DNA from: Camelus ferus
Taxonomy: Eukaryota
Direction of reading: 5' to 3'
Assembly: GCF_009834535.1 (NCBI RefSeq)
Contig: NC_045697.1
Location: 85,624,001-85,688,000 of the forward strand
Length of the DNA: 64,000 bases
Below, in pieces: positions 37,246 through 50,671 of this stretch. The number at the start of each line of letters is the position of its first letter. Position 1 is the stretch's first letter. A model generated the notes under the pieces. It saw only the letters and a program-made list of their open reading frames with translations, was not told the origin of the DNA and ran no database searches. A program made the translations under genes and the position numbers.

Positions 37246-37414
37246 AGACGCCTAATTATGTTGAAAAAAAAATAACTACAATGAATGTCAGTTGATACAT
37301 GTTTTATGGCTTCTTTTTGGGTTTTGTTTTCTCTCTGTTCTCTCTGCATCTCTGAATCACTGTTCCTGAACAGACAACTTGTAAAAGGAAGTTTCTGTGT
37401 GATAGGTGACTTCT

Positions 37415-37845
37415 TGTGATAGCTAATTTTCTGTGTCAGCTTGATGGATCATGCTGTGCCCAGATGTCTGGTTAAACATTATTTATGGGTATGTCTATGA
37501 AGGTGCTTCCAGAGGAGATTAGAATGTGAATTGGTGAACTCAGTAAAGCAGATGGCCCTTCCCAGTGTGGCTGGGTATCACCTAATCTGTTGAGAGGCTG
37601 AATAGAACAAAAAAGTAGAGAAAGTTTGAATCTGTTCTCTGCGTGACTACCAAGAAATTGGTCTTCTCCTGCCCTGGAGCTCCCTGGTTCTCAGGCCTTC
37701 AGACTCAGACTGAAATCTCCAATGTTGGTTCTCTGGCTCCCAGGTCCTTGAACGACCACCACCACCTGCAGACAACAGACTGTGGGACTTCTCAGCCAAT
37801 AGGTTTATCGTTCGTCTCTTTCCCTGCTCTGCCCTCACTAACACA
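37415..37845 (+). mobile_element. ERVL solo LTR (MLT2-like)
   Basis: tgtgatagctaattttctgtgtcagcttga...tgcccagatgtctggttaaacattattt...gtaaagcagatggcccttccc...ctcactaacaca, with TG...CA ends. Confidence 0.88.
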
Positions 37846-38009
37846 TGTAGTTCTGTGACATCATGCAAGTCTGTCCCTGCTCGTGCCTGCTCTCTCTCTC
37901 TCCTTCTGTCCCTGTTGATGCTTTCTAGCTGCCGGAAGTGTCCTTGGTCACGACTGAGCCACACTGATGCTTATGTTCAAAGGTAAAGGCTAACCTCCAC
38001 TCTAGTGAC

Positions 38010-38230
38010 ATTTTTTGATCATTTACCATGTGCTCGGTATTGTTCTAATAATTATTAATCCATAAATGCATAAAATCTGCAAGGCAGCAACACCATAATG
38101 TACGTATGGCTATGACCTCCATCTGTGGAAAGAAATGAGATATAAAGCATCTTGCCCAAGGTTGTTCCAATTTCCCATAAATGCTGGAGCAAGCATTCTG
38201 GCTTCAGAACATATGCTCTCAGCCACGGGG
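38010..38230 (-). mobile_element. MIR SINE
   Basis: catttaccatgtgctcggtattgttcta...catcttgcccaaggtt...tctggcttcagaacatatgctctcagccac. Confidence 0.65.
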
Positions 38231-40019
38231 AAAAGCAGCCCCCAAACCACAGGTTTCCCATAATTAGTGTGGAGAACAGGCCTTACAAAAGATATCTATT
38301 TAGGGGAGTCAATGGTTTGGAAGCATCTATCTTATTTCTTTTAAATGACTTCACTACTTGGCAAATTAGTACAACTTAATTCTTTTCCTGCCTATATATT
38401 TAGACTCTGAAGACAGCTGATGATCATTCTTTTCCTTCTTTTCTACTCCTCATCTCTACATCTTCCACATCTCTCTGCTTACTTCCCATTTTGTTCTTCT
38501 AAACGTTTTCAAATCTTGTTGGGATATTTTTTCGAAAATTTCTTTGAGGAGTGGGACTCCCTTGTTATAATTTAGTAACCTCTGCACTTAACACAATCCA
38601 AAAATATGTTATCCAGAAAGAGGATGCCATACTTTTTTTTTTATCCACTCAGCCACTACTTACATCTTTCTGTAGACTCTCATCTAAACAGTTTGCCTTT
38701 GTCACACTCTCATCCACACCCACACATTTCAAGATGGATAAAAAGTACTACTTTATCAGCAATTAACCACAGGTAAGTCAGTTTTCCAATTATCTCTGAT
38801 CTTTAGAAATTGCATCATCAGTTCCTCCAGTTTAGTAATCCAATTTTGAGGCTTGCCTGAAACAAAGTATTGGCACTGTGTATTGCAATGGACCATAATT
38901 ATGGCACTGCTGAGTTCTGAGGGATTTAATTTGCTTATGGTCAATTATACCTGCTCGAACTTGACTCCCTTTACAGTAGGGGTTTTGACCATGACCCACA
39001 ATAGGAAATATCTTTGCATTACATATACACATACACACACATACCTAAAAGATATTTCTTACTGCACATGTGTGTGTATGCACAGCCAAAAGTTTTACTA
39101 TGTAAATGTGCTTTGAAATTCTCTATTCTACTACATTTCAATTTTTTAAAATTGCCTATCCTGACTCACCAAAGGACTTAAGACTCTTTAATAGGGTACA
39201 ACTCCTAGGTTGAAATTTGCTGCCTCAGAAGAGTGGTGCCTCTGCTTCAGAATAAAGTTCAAACCCCCTAACACAGCCCTAGAATGCTCTTCATGATTTC
39301 TCTTCCTTTTCTCCCCAACTTCATCTCTCACCACGTCCTCTTTGAATGCTAAACTCCAGGCACACAGTACGACTCACATTTTCCAGGAAAACTGCTGTCT
39401 TTCCTCAAAATCTTTACACAATATATATTGTGTACTGTTTACCCTTGTGTCTCAAGTTCAGCATAGTGACTAGGCATTCAGCAAATTTTAGCTGAATGAG
39501 TAAATGAATGGATAAATGAACAAATGCAAAAAAATCGATCAAAGCCTATCAAAGAATGAATACACTTTAATAATAACATCCCTAGATATCACTCTGAAAA
39601 TCCAGGCGTAGGCTAGAGAAAGGAGAAAAAGCGTCCAATCACATAGAGATTTATTAAGGAAAATTGTAATTTCTGGAAACCAGAGTAAAACAGTTTCATG
39701 AAAGTTTATTTACATTGAGGAAATTTTCACCAATTTAATTTGGCTCAGCTGGATTTTGGTCATCAAGAAGTCAGGCAGACAAGTTAACTTGATTGTGTAT
39801 TAAATTCCACACCCTCCTTGGTATAATGATGGCTGGGAAAAACAAGCTTTAATGGCAGAAGTCCTGATTACTGTAGTAACTGTCTCTATGGCACAACAAA
39901 AAATCAAACAGAAATATGTAGCCTGTCTATTTGCTAATGAAAAGTGCTCGGTGGTGGCCTATTACCACTGGTCAAAATAATCTATCCCCAAAGGGAACAC
40001 AGCAATCATGTATTATAGA

Positions 40020-40182
40020 CAGTGGGTCTCAAGCTTTCTTGTGAATTTGGACCTCATGGGGAAGTTTGTTAAAATGCAGATTCCAATTCAGTCGGTCTGG
40101 AATGGGACTGAGGCTGCATGTCTAACCAGGTTCCAGGTGAGGCTGATGCTACTGGTCCATGGCCCAGACTCGGTGTAGCAAG
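40020..40182. mobile_element. MER5A-like hAT-Charlie MITE
   Basis: cagtgggtctcaagcttt...tttgttaaaatgcagattcc...ccaggtgaggctgatgctactggtccatgg. Confidence 0.82.
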
Positions 40183-41581
40183 AAAAGTGCACAATATACT
40201 GAAGACTTTTTACTTTGCTCCTGGGAAGCATTATTTCCTAACTCGAACATTTTTGTTACCAATGTAACTGGGCCACAAGTGGGTTCCGTGACCACCTGAT
40301 CTGATGACTTTCTTGTGCTGGAGGAACCATTTTAGACAAGCAGAAGCGGCTCCTTCCTTTTTCCCTTTCAAATTAGAAGGAACCAGGACTAGTTGTCCCA
40401 GAATAAGGTATCCTCTGGTTATCAGCGAAGTGGCCAAATTTACTCGCCTCTTTCCACCAGGAACTTCAGTCGTCTGTGATACTAAAACGTGTGGAAAAGG
40501 TGTGGAAAAGCCACACAGAACCCAAACAGCTCAGCATACTATTTTGGCTTGTATGTCTCTCACTTAATAACATTTTTCAGTTAGATTTCCTTCAGGTTTT
40601 TAATGGAAGAGAATCAAATTCCATTTGCATACAGTCAGCCTCTCGTCAGTAATATCTGTTAAGTCAAGAGTTTCTGACAATAATAGAAAAATGTGGGTGT
40701 CTTTGCCCCAGTCCTCTCCCTTTAAAGAAAAATTGTTACATATCTTTTTCCAGGAAGAGAAAAGAAGGGGGACAAATGTATAGAGTTGCTTTCACTAATG
40801 AGAAAGTCTTTCTTTGTCATGTTTACTACAAGAAAGACCATTTACAATGAAGTCTATCAAGGATAAAAACCAAATCCAATTTAGATAACTAACCAAGGTT
40901 CATATTTATCTGACATGAAATTCCCACTTTTTATTGAAATAACTTTGTAAATGATCACAGAAAACAGTTATTCCAATAACCAGAAAATTGCACAGATAAA
41001 TTTAAAAGAAGAAAATTATTCCATTAACCTCTCTGGAGTCCATGCAAGCCTAATGTATTTTGCAGCCTCCGGGATTTCCTAAAGAAGGAACCCAAAATCC
41101 TGCTTTGTATGCCAATCCTGCCAGCCTAAGGCACAGCCCTCTCTCCCTGTCTGCTGAGGGAGATACATGTGTGGGTCACATGACCCCACCCCTTCCCCTT
41201 AGTCCTTTGCTGACTGGACCACATCGTGCCCAAAGTCGAAGCCACTCGGATTCTTTCTCTTTTACCTAAGACTTAGGAAATAAAATAAGAATACAGTGTG
41301 AATGAAGCCAGAGGGTATAGAGAAAAGACATGAGTCAGAGTGGGGGCCATAAGGGTTATTAGAAAATAGAAAACCTAAAGACAAACAAATATAACAGGAT
41401 GCAATTTATTAGTATATGAGTCTTCCTAGCTCCTTTCTCCCCTCCACCATCACTCCTTAACTAAGAGAAATGTTTCCTGGATATGTCCCTCTAGGGGCCA
41501 TTTTATTAACCAGACTGTGTGGAATAAGTTGGGGGCGGCAGATATTGGGATGAGGTATTTGTGTGAATAAGTCTGAGATGT

Positions 41582-41712
41582 AAAGAGAGGGAAAGAGAGA
41601 GGAAAGGGGAGCAGGGAGGGAAAGACGAGGAGAGAGAGAAGAACAGGAATAGGGAGAACAGGGAAAAAGAAGATAAGAAAAAAGGGTGACATGGGTGAAG
41701 GAAGGAATTAGA
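41582..41712 (+). repeat. polypurine (GA-rich) low-complexity tract
   Basis: About 130 nt, almost entirely G/A on the plus strand. Confidence 0.8.
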
Positions 41713-41719
41713 CAGAAGA

Positions 41720-41922
41720 ATGTCCACAGATCACAGGAGCATGTGTTCATGATCAAGGGGGACTCTTCTGGGGAGGGATGGGGAGTGCAGAACAAAGGAG
41801 CTGAGGGATCCACAGGTCCTGCATTACAGGAGGGGCAGTGAGTCAGTGGGACGGCTTTCTAGTAGTATTAGCATAGCGACACTGTATCTCCAGTCTGGGG
41901 TGTCCTGAAAAGATGCATGAGC
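41720..41922 (+). repeat. copy A of a ~200 bp diverged direct repeat
   Basis: Aligns nearly gap-free to 44494-44699 (shared tgttcat.atcaaggg, ggggagggatgggga, aggtcctgcattaca, cagtgggac.gcttt). Confidence 0.85.
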
Positions 41923-42624
41923 AAGGTGAGAAGAGTTTTGTGGGGCATCACTAGGAAAAGACCTGAGTGGAACAGAGAAGGGAGTTTTGAGAAATAATCT
42001 TGTGAGAAGTGAGTTGAAACCTTTTCAAATACTTGGAGGCATATAAGTAAACATTAAAAACTATTTTATGTTAATGTTGGCCACTGGACTACATTTCTTT
42101 GAATTTGATACTGTACCTAGCCTGGGCCACTTGGAGCATGAGGGTTTATTCGGGCTACTGAGAGCAAAGCAGAAGGCAGAAGATAGGAGAGAGTAAAAAG
42201 ACCGGATATGCCAAAAAGATTAAACACCAAGGTAGTAAAAAGCAATCAGATTTAAACAGCAGGCCTTTCCACTGCTGGAGAAGAGCAGAGTCACATTCAT
42301 GGCCGAGCCCTGGAGACTCATGAATTCGTCATGCTGAGCTCCACATGGCTGCTACTTTGGGTCCCACATCAGTTTCCATGAGACCTACATACCTGTCACT
42401 GTCCTTAAATTCAAAAGTGATTCCCTTCTCTTTATTACTGCAAAATAGCCTCGCCACAACTCCAATTATTTGAGGTATATCGAATCTTTGCTCTTTGCAA
42501 CCAAAAAGCAAAAATATTATATACAAAAGATAAATGCAATCTCATTCTTCTCCACATCACAAAAATAAACACAACTGATTCCTTAAAAGCCTCAGATATC
42601 AGTACAATGACAGATAAGATGGTA

Positions 42625-42790
42625 TGTATTAATTTATTCAAAAAATATTTAGAAAGACCCTTCTATGTGCTCTTAAGAATGTTTTATTGCTGGGCAACAA
42701 ACCAGCACCAGATAAACAAGAGAGAAGAAGTCTTTGATCTTATGGAGCTTACATTCTAGTGAAGGACATCAAATATAGGCAAATAAATTC
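42625..42790 (-). mobile_element. L2 3' fragment
   Basis: atttattcaaaaaatattta...cttctatgtgc...cttatggagcttacattctagtg. Confidence 0.7.
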
Positions 42791-43670
42791 TGTCTTCAAA
42801 ATCATAAAATTCAGATGTGTTATTTCCTCAACACTGAAAATCTAATTTGAATAATGTGCTGGCTGTTTTACCAACTGTTTTAGCATCTTGCAAACACAAT
42901 GTGAAGATCTGTATTTTAAACCGAATGATTCTACTTATAAGTCACGTAAAATTCTCACAGGGTCTACACCTTACCCAGAGTGTTGCTTTAGTCCATTAAG
43001 TCCTCACTTACTTTGCTTTAAGCATGAGATCAGTGCTAATTTCTAAGCCTCCATCACTCTGCTCTCAAGAAAAAAAAAGTAAAACTGTTGTTTTAAAATA
43101 CATTAATGCTGTTTCTCCCTCAGAGTCCACTAAAGAAATCACTGTTCAGATCAGGTTCACAGTGATACTTAGACTAGATTTGGATCTAATAAAATTCCTC
43201 CTCCTGAAAATAAATCACTTCTTGTTTGTAGATATTGCAGTAAAGGAAAAAAATTTTAAAGTCAAGCATGCGTTTTCATCTGCAGAACAGCTTGACAGCT
43301 ACTTCTATGCCTGAGTCAGTGTAGGCTTCCGTGAATACGAGTGTGTAGTAGGGTCCACGTATTAGTGAACTAGTTGGCAGAGCTACTGAGAGGCAGTTTG
43401 CAGGACATTTCTGAGGAACAGATCACGGCAACTTTGTCATTTCAGAAATTTGCTCTCCAGGTTTAAACCAGGTCTGAGGGTCAAACTAAGTAGTCAAACA
43501 CTGGAGACTAATGGGGCAGAAGAAAGTGATAGAGCTTAATGCCCTGTAGAAAGAGAAAGTGTGCCTCTTTCCAGTGTAGCCACTATGTTAAAACCCCAAT
43601 GCTGAAGCAGGTGCCTCCAGATGCCGACACCATCAATTCTTATTTATATGGGCTTGGGCAATTTACTTAA

Positions 43671-44177
43671 TGTGATGGATGAGAGATTGTAACAACAACA
43701 GCAAAGAAAGGCTACAAATTTCTTCTATTACTGCCTGCAACCCCCAGCCTTTGCAATGTGACTTTGCCACTTCTCTCACCAAGTGGAGGAACCTCTATTT
43801 CCCCATTCTTTGAATCTGGGTCCGTGATGTGACTTGCTTTATCATAGAAGTGACATTTATACAACTTCCAATCCTGGGTCTCCAGGGCTTTTGAAGCTTC
43901 TGCTTTCATTCTCTTGAAATGTGGTGCCTCCGCGTAAAGGAAATCACGTGGCACAGAGATAACCCGTCTCTGCTAAGGTCCTCTAAAACAGTGAGCTTCC
44001 ATCAAACCACCAGATGAATGTAGTCTCATGAGTGACCACAGATGAGACTAGCAAAAGAACTGCCCAGTTGAGTCCAGCCAAAATTGCTAACCTGCTGATC
44101 ACGAGCAAGTCAAACAGTAGTCTTGTTAATCTACCAGGTTTTGAGTAGTTTGTTATACAGAATAGATAACTGATACA
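43671..44177 (+). mobile_element. MaLR solo LTR (MLT1F/G-like) nested in a MIR
   Basis: TG...CA ends (tgtgatgg...gataactgataca), internal ctttgcaatgtgactttgcc, and 5-bp TSD cttaa/ctaaa. MIR halves flank it: cttgggcaatttacttaa and tgcctccattttcttctctgtaaaatggggataataata. Confidence 0.85.
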
Positions 44178-44493
44178 CTAAATCCATCTCTTGGTGCCTC
44201 CATTTTCTTCTCTGTAAAATGGGGATAATAATACTTGTCCCAGAGAGAACTCTATATTGAGAGTTTGGTATTCATTTCAATAGTATAATTCCCACTTTTC
44301 TCCACAGTACGGAGTGAGGCTCTAGCACCAGAATTGCCCAGATCCCAGCAAACTTCTGCCAGCATCATGGGAAAGTCAAAGGACAGCAGTCATGAAACTA
44401 AGGTCATTGACTCACAGTGGCCATCACTCTGGTGGTCCAATTAAGGTGCTCTGATGCACATTGTCACACCATGAGCTGGACAGCAAGCAAGTT

Positions 44494-44699
44494 ATGTCCA
44501 CAAGGTAATTGGTGGTGCATGTTCATAATCAAGGGAGGTTCAGTTGGGGAGGGATGGGGACTGTGGTACAAAGAGGCTGAGGGAACTGAAGGTCCTGCAT
44601 TACAAGAGGGAGGCACGAGGCAGTGGGACAGCTTTGTATTAACGCTGGCATGGCCACACCGTGCCTGCAGTCCGGACTGGCCTGGAAAGACATAAGAGC
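44494..44699 (+). repeat. copy B of a ~200 bp diverged direct repeat
   Basis: Aligns to 41720-41922, roughly three quarters identical by hand count over the core. Confidence 0.85.
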
Positions 44700-45062
44700 T
44701 TTGCAAGGAATTACAAAATCTACAATAGCCCTGGCAAACTTTTTACCACTTAATTCTCCTCGAGGGATGTATTATTGCTTCTGAAATAAAAGAAATCAAG
44801 CACTCTTTTTGTTTTCTGAATGCAAATGATTAGCTTGGATTTTCACATTTGCGAATAAAATAAGTATTTTCATGGTAATTATTCAAGATTTTAGTAACAA
44901 AAATAAACTATCAATGGACATGATTACCTGAGATTGTTTTGTATAAATGAGTATCATATGTATCTGAGATATTACTAATGTACATACAGTCTTTTTTTAA
45001 CTCAATCACCCTTATTGGCCATACATCTATTCTACACACAAATGTACCTAACATTTAAAAAA

Positions 45063-45285
45063 AATTTCTTGAGGCAACATTGGTTTATAACATTGTAAGT
45101 TTCATGTGTACAATATTATATTTCAATTTCTGTATACCCTACAGTGTGCTCACCCCTAAAAGCTTAGTTTCCATCCATCACCATAGAGTTGACTCCCTTG
45201 ACCCATTTTGCCCTCCCTGCTTCCCCTTGGTAACCACTACTCTGTCCTCTGTATCTACGTGTTTGTTTTGGTTTAGTTTGATATG
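45063..45285 (-). mobile_element. L1 3' end fragment
   Basis: acattggtttataacattgtaagtttcatgtgtacaa...cccttggtaaccactactctgtcctctgtatctacgtgtttg. Confidence 0.8.
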
Positions 45286-47374
45286 TTGATTAATACTTCA
45301 CAGCTGTGAATAACAATCTGTTTCTTTCTATTGGGTCCCCTCTAAGTGCCAGGTCCTTTCCACGTGGGGTCATTCATTCTCACAGCAGCCCTGTAAGGTG
45401 GGCATAGGTTTTCTCAAGCTTACAGATGAGGGAATTAGAGCAAAGAGAAATTAAATAATTGTCCCAACACCAAACACAGTGTTTACCAACCTGTAATGTC
45501 TGCAGGTATCTCAATTTCACAGGAAGTTTTTTTTTTTGAATAATGTTAATGTTTCTTCATCCGTATATTGAACGGGGCTTTCAAGTTTTACAGGTGAAAA
45601 TAGGTAAATACTAGCTGCTTCATACTGAAATCCAATGGGATATCATCAGAACTGGATATGCATGAATATTTTTGTTAAAATATAGTACGATGTAGAACTT
45701 CATCTTTCTTGTAGTTTCTGGGGCTGCACTGACCACTGTGGGGCAGCAGCATCCATTATTAACTTCTTTGCTTCGTCTTCTAATGGGGGCAGATAGAGTG
45801 CAAGGAAATGTAACCTACAATCTATTTAATACAGTAAATGGTAGAACAGAGTTAGAACTAAGACTGTCTGACTTTAAAGTACATGTTCATTTTCACTGTA
45901 CCAAACAATCTGACTCTTCTATTTCTCCCAGGATATGAGAACATGTTATAAGGAGACTTAATAATCTGCAATCTTTCTGGTATAAAAGGTGATGTATTTC
46001 TCAGAAACACAGCCATAGGGAGAACAAATTTAGTTTTGCATAGATAGATACAAACAATAAACACTTACTTGAGTTCTTCAACATCAATCACTAGAAATCC
46101 ATAGTTTTAAGATAGGAAAAGAAGCCAGAAGTTCAGCTTCTGCTAAATCCTTTTTAGAGACAGACTAAGAAGGAACTGCCAAGATGGAGTTCCCAGAGCC
46201 AGTTCACTGACCTTTCAATAATTCCTTAGCAGAGGGAGAAGGCCTATCTCCAGCACCAGGAGAAAGCAGCTGCATGGTGGCTCAAGGAACTGAAAAGAAG
46301 CGTGTAATGGTGGTGGGAGCAACTCAGGGAGATGCCTGCATCCATTCCAGACCAGGAGAGGTCACCAGGGGAGGCTCTTCAAAACTCTGGTTGAGCTTGG
46401 TCCTGAAAAACCTAGCCCGGAGCTTATGCTCTGTGGGAGGACATCAAAGAAATCAAAGATGGAAGACGTATGTTTGGGGAGCTTATAGTTTCCATCAGTC
46501 AGACTCAGTCCAGTAGCCACAGGCAGGCAACTCTATTAAGCACGATCGTCTAACTTGCATGCCTTCCTACCTTCAGGAGAACTTCCTGTCGAGTGTCAAG
46601 CATTCCCAAACAGCAGTGTGGTGGCTAAGAGGGCACAAGTACTCCTACTGCACAGATTCTGTCAGTAAGGAGACAAGGTAAAAACACAACCAGTAAAACA
46701 AGATCAACACGGTGTCAGCTCCCTGGGTCTCTCAGCCCAAAGAAGACACCAAACCTGAATGGCCAGGTGGCCGATGGCATGAACAATGGGTGCTCTGCAG
46801 GGGAGGGCCACCCCCTCTACCCTAAAGTAAAAGCAATTTTACAGACTTACACAAAGGCCTGTAGCTGGGCCTGAAGTGGGGGCACGGTGGGAAGTCCGGT
46901 GTTCTAGTAAGATCAAACTAGGGGGATGGATGAGAAGTGGTCAGTCCCCCAGGAAACAGGGACAGAGACTTGCCTCACCATGGCTACCCACCAGGCTTTT
47001 CTCCCCCTGCTCCAGGTGTCACCAGGCATTCTGCCAAGACTCAGGTCAGATGGTGGTTAAGCCTTGCCTACCTGTCCTATAGGAAGATGTGCAAGGTTGC
47101 CAGGGTGCCGTGGTGGAGCTGTTCCTCTCATCTCCCCATAGCAACTCTACTCAATCCGAGTCATTGAAGTGGGGGTGGCCCTGGCCCTCCCCCCCTGTAT
47201 TTCCCCACCAGCATGGGTACATGACTGATACTTGAGCAGAGGATTTCATAGCTTGGGCCACAGTGATGGATTCTATGGGTAAGAGAATGATGCTAAGCTG
47301 TCTGGAATTCTCCAGAGCATTTTGCAGCTACCAGGAAAGATCCTCTCTCACCTCCTGATATAAGGAGGAAATTT

Positions 47375-47795
47375 TTCTTTAATTTTTTTGGAAAATTTTT
47401 ATTGTAAAATGTATATAACATAAAATTTGTAATTTTAAACATTTTAAGTATACAATTCACTGGCATTAATTACCTCACAATGTTGTGCAACCATCACTAC
47501 TGTCTTCCAAAACATTTTCATCACCCCAAACAGAAGTCTATACCTATTAGGCAATAACTCTTTATTTCTCTTCCCCTTCAGCCCCCAAATAATGTGTAAT
47601 CTACTTTCTAGCTCTATGAATTTGTCTCTTTTAGATAGGCAAACATGAATGGAATCATAAAAGTTATCCTTTTTGTGTCCGGTTTATTTCATTTAGCAGA
47701 ATGTTTATTATCAGAACTTGGCTGAGCAGTATTTTATTATGTATATATAGCACACTTTGTCTATTCATTCAACTGTGATAGACGCTTGAGTTGAG
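47375..47795 (-). mobile_element. L1 3' end (L1MB-like), inserted in an older MaLR LTR (~47150-48075)
   Basis: tttattgtaaaatgtatataacataaaatt...tacaattcactggcattaatt...tgttgtgcaaccatcactac. The flank cctggatccagctgtgcctgaaacc...aagaatcctaa is MLT1J/K-like. Confidence 0.8.
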
Positions 47796-49384
47796 ACAGG
47801 GAGTTTTAAAGAAAATGTAAGCTTATAGCTCCAGGGACCATCTTTCACATACCTGACAAAAGACAGCCCAAGAATGAAACTACAATAAAGAAGGAAGTGA
47901 AGCTAGGTACAAAGGGAGACTGGCAAAGCCCTGGAGCCATTGTTGGAGGACCTGGATCCAGCTGTGCCTGAAACCATCTCTAATTCTGAGCTTCACAGTT
48001 TCTTGAGACAGAATATTCCTCTATTTCCTTTAGTTAAAGTTGGGCTATTCTACTCACAACAAGAATCCTAATAAACCAACCACTGATCAAAGAATATGCT
48101 GAGCTATGCTACAGAAAAGCAAATTTAAAAAGATTCCTTTTATTTTCCTACATGCACAATGAAATTTTTCAAACTGTCTCATTGTTAAATCCTTTAACTG
48201 TAAAATCCTGTGCCTAAGGAGAAAGAATCTTTTATATAAATCCCATTGCTGTTACTGCCCAGCTCTGATGTCCCAAGAGAATTTAGTAATTGTCTTGATC
48301 CCCTGGCATCTTTTCTTCTCAAAGCATGTACATAATTGATTCTAGGGAGGATCACCCCCAGGTTAGCCCCAGGGCACGACTTTTTTTTAAATTTTACTTC
48401 CAAAGTGTTGTTGCTGTTGGGCCTCCCTTTCATTCATTTCTTTTATTTTTTTAAACTTCTCTACTTTAATGAGACTATTCTTTTCCCACAGCTTTCATCA
48501 TGACTGTTAAAAGATTTTTTAAAAGCCCCGTAATATTGTTGATTTCACATCAGTCTCATCAAATTAAAATTCCCCCTAGGATTCTGAAGTTTCTGAAATG
48601 TTATAGAAAAGTGATGTTTTTAACCATGAATCAGATGATAAAACAGACCAGACATTCCAGTCTAATCCCCATGCTCTGAAGTTGTCTAAAGAACTGAGAT
48701 CATTTCACCAAAAAATAAAATTTCAATAACTTCTTTTAGTAGCCCATTTCACAACTTATTATCTTAAAATCTCTAAAAACACACCTAAATTAGTCATGCT
48801 GAGTGCAGTGAGTGTTCTTTCTTCCCCTCCTATCCTCCCTCTGGTACGTTGGTCCTTCCTGTGGGAAAATTCTTTTTCATGCAAAACCTGATCTATTAAA
48901 AAGAGAGAAAGGCGTAGTTCTGAGGAAGCTTGGGAGCTTTGCTTAATCCTGTCACACCCACATCAGCCACTATGACTCGGGATAAAACAGACCTAAGACC
49001 TTGTTGTGGGCTGTGCTAGTTTAGAATTAAAGTTCTAGTTTCCAGGTGAGAGAATCATTCTTCCAGTCCTTCTTTGCCTATCTTAGATCCCAACATGTTC
49101 ATCATTTTTGACTTCTTCCCAAATCCATTTTGAAAGACTCTGAAAAGGTCAAGGGCTTCAGTAAAGATGTGATTGGCTGCACACAATGAAAGAACTGCTT
49201 CAGAGTTCCATGTTGGACTCCATTTTATGCAACCTACTTCTGCATTTTCCAATCATTCCAACTCCAGTTGCTATTTTAAAAAAATATATAATAGCTATAT
49301 TGTGCTGGTACATGTGACAGGCATTGTGCCATTTAAGTACTTTACATACATTATTTCTTTTAATCTTCAGCATTTGAACTACAT

Positions 49385-49555
49385 CAGTGGTTCCCAACCT
49401 GGGCTACAAATTATAACCTTTTCTTTTGGGGAACTTTTGAAAATCTGATACCCAGGTATCATTCAGATCAATTAAATCAAAATCTCTAGGGGTAAGGAAT
49501 CCAGCATCATTTAAAAAACTCCCCACGTGATCCTCTGGGAAGTTGAGAACCACTG
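49385..49555. mobile_element. MER5-family hAT MITE
   Basis: TIRs cagtggttcccaac / gttgagaaccactg, internal caattaaatcaaaatctctagggg. Confidence 0.85.
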
Positions 49556-50671
49556 GTCTAGGAGGAATTCTCATATGAGCTGATGAGGAAATTAATTTTT
49601 ACATTTGACCACCCAAGCTAGTAGTCATCAAATGTGTACTTCTCCCACGGACACTGCCATTACTTAGGGTATTTTTGGAACTCTTTTTCTGGAAGAGCTT
49701 TTACTCAGTTTGTCAGCCACCATTAGAAAGTTCTTTTCACTGCCCACAGCAGGATTGCAGGGGGAGCCACGGAGCTCCGCGCACAGCTGGGAAGTCGGTT
49801 CTTTCCTCTGGCTGGAACTACACCCACAGCAGGAAGAAAGGGGCACAGAGCCCTGTGGGCTCCTAGCAAAGCCATCACTCCACTCCTCCCACAGACATTC
49901 CCCATCTCTCCTTATTAATGCTAAGAACCATAAAAGATTAGAATTAGCACTGATTTTCCACTTCCTTCTGGGACGTCTTCAGAATTAATCCCCCCAAGCC
50001 TCAACTTCACATTTCCCCGTCACCACAAGTTCCATTCTCTTAGACCATCCCTTGGCCTTGATCCTCATACAAGCTCAACCCAATCCGACACAAATTCCCC
50101 TCCAACACTTCCACCGTGCTTGCACCACTGTGCACTCTGGAACACTAATATCAAGAAAATCCTCTGCATTCTCTATCTTCTCTTTGAATGCTTCCTTCCC
50201 CCTCTTGCTCTATGTGAAACTAGCTATTCCACAAGGGCATAGCTTTCTCAACACCTAAAATATCCAGGACACAACGGCAGATACCTAAGAAATGCTGCGT
50301 ACAAGAATGACTGGTGGTACTATTAATAACAGTTTAGACCTGGGCAGAGGGACAAAATAGGGTGAGAGAGTACTGGAGGCAGGCAAGATATCCATGTGTA
50401 AATGCCTAGTCTTCAGATCAGGTGAGAGACTATGGTTTACGATAATGATTAGATACTTATTTCAGAATCATCAGCAAAGAAACGAGAGTCCTGACTATAG
50501 CCTCAATGCAAAAATGAATAATGAAAGAAAAGACATTGTATACTAGGCTTTGGCAACACACTCTTAAAAATTAAGGGTAAATGTGAGAACCATTAAAAAG
50601 CAGAGCATAAAGAAAGAGACAGAGACATAAAGATAACAAAGATGGAAAAGAGAAGTTTGTGGAAACCTAGA

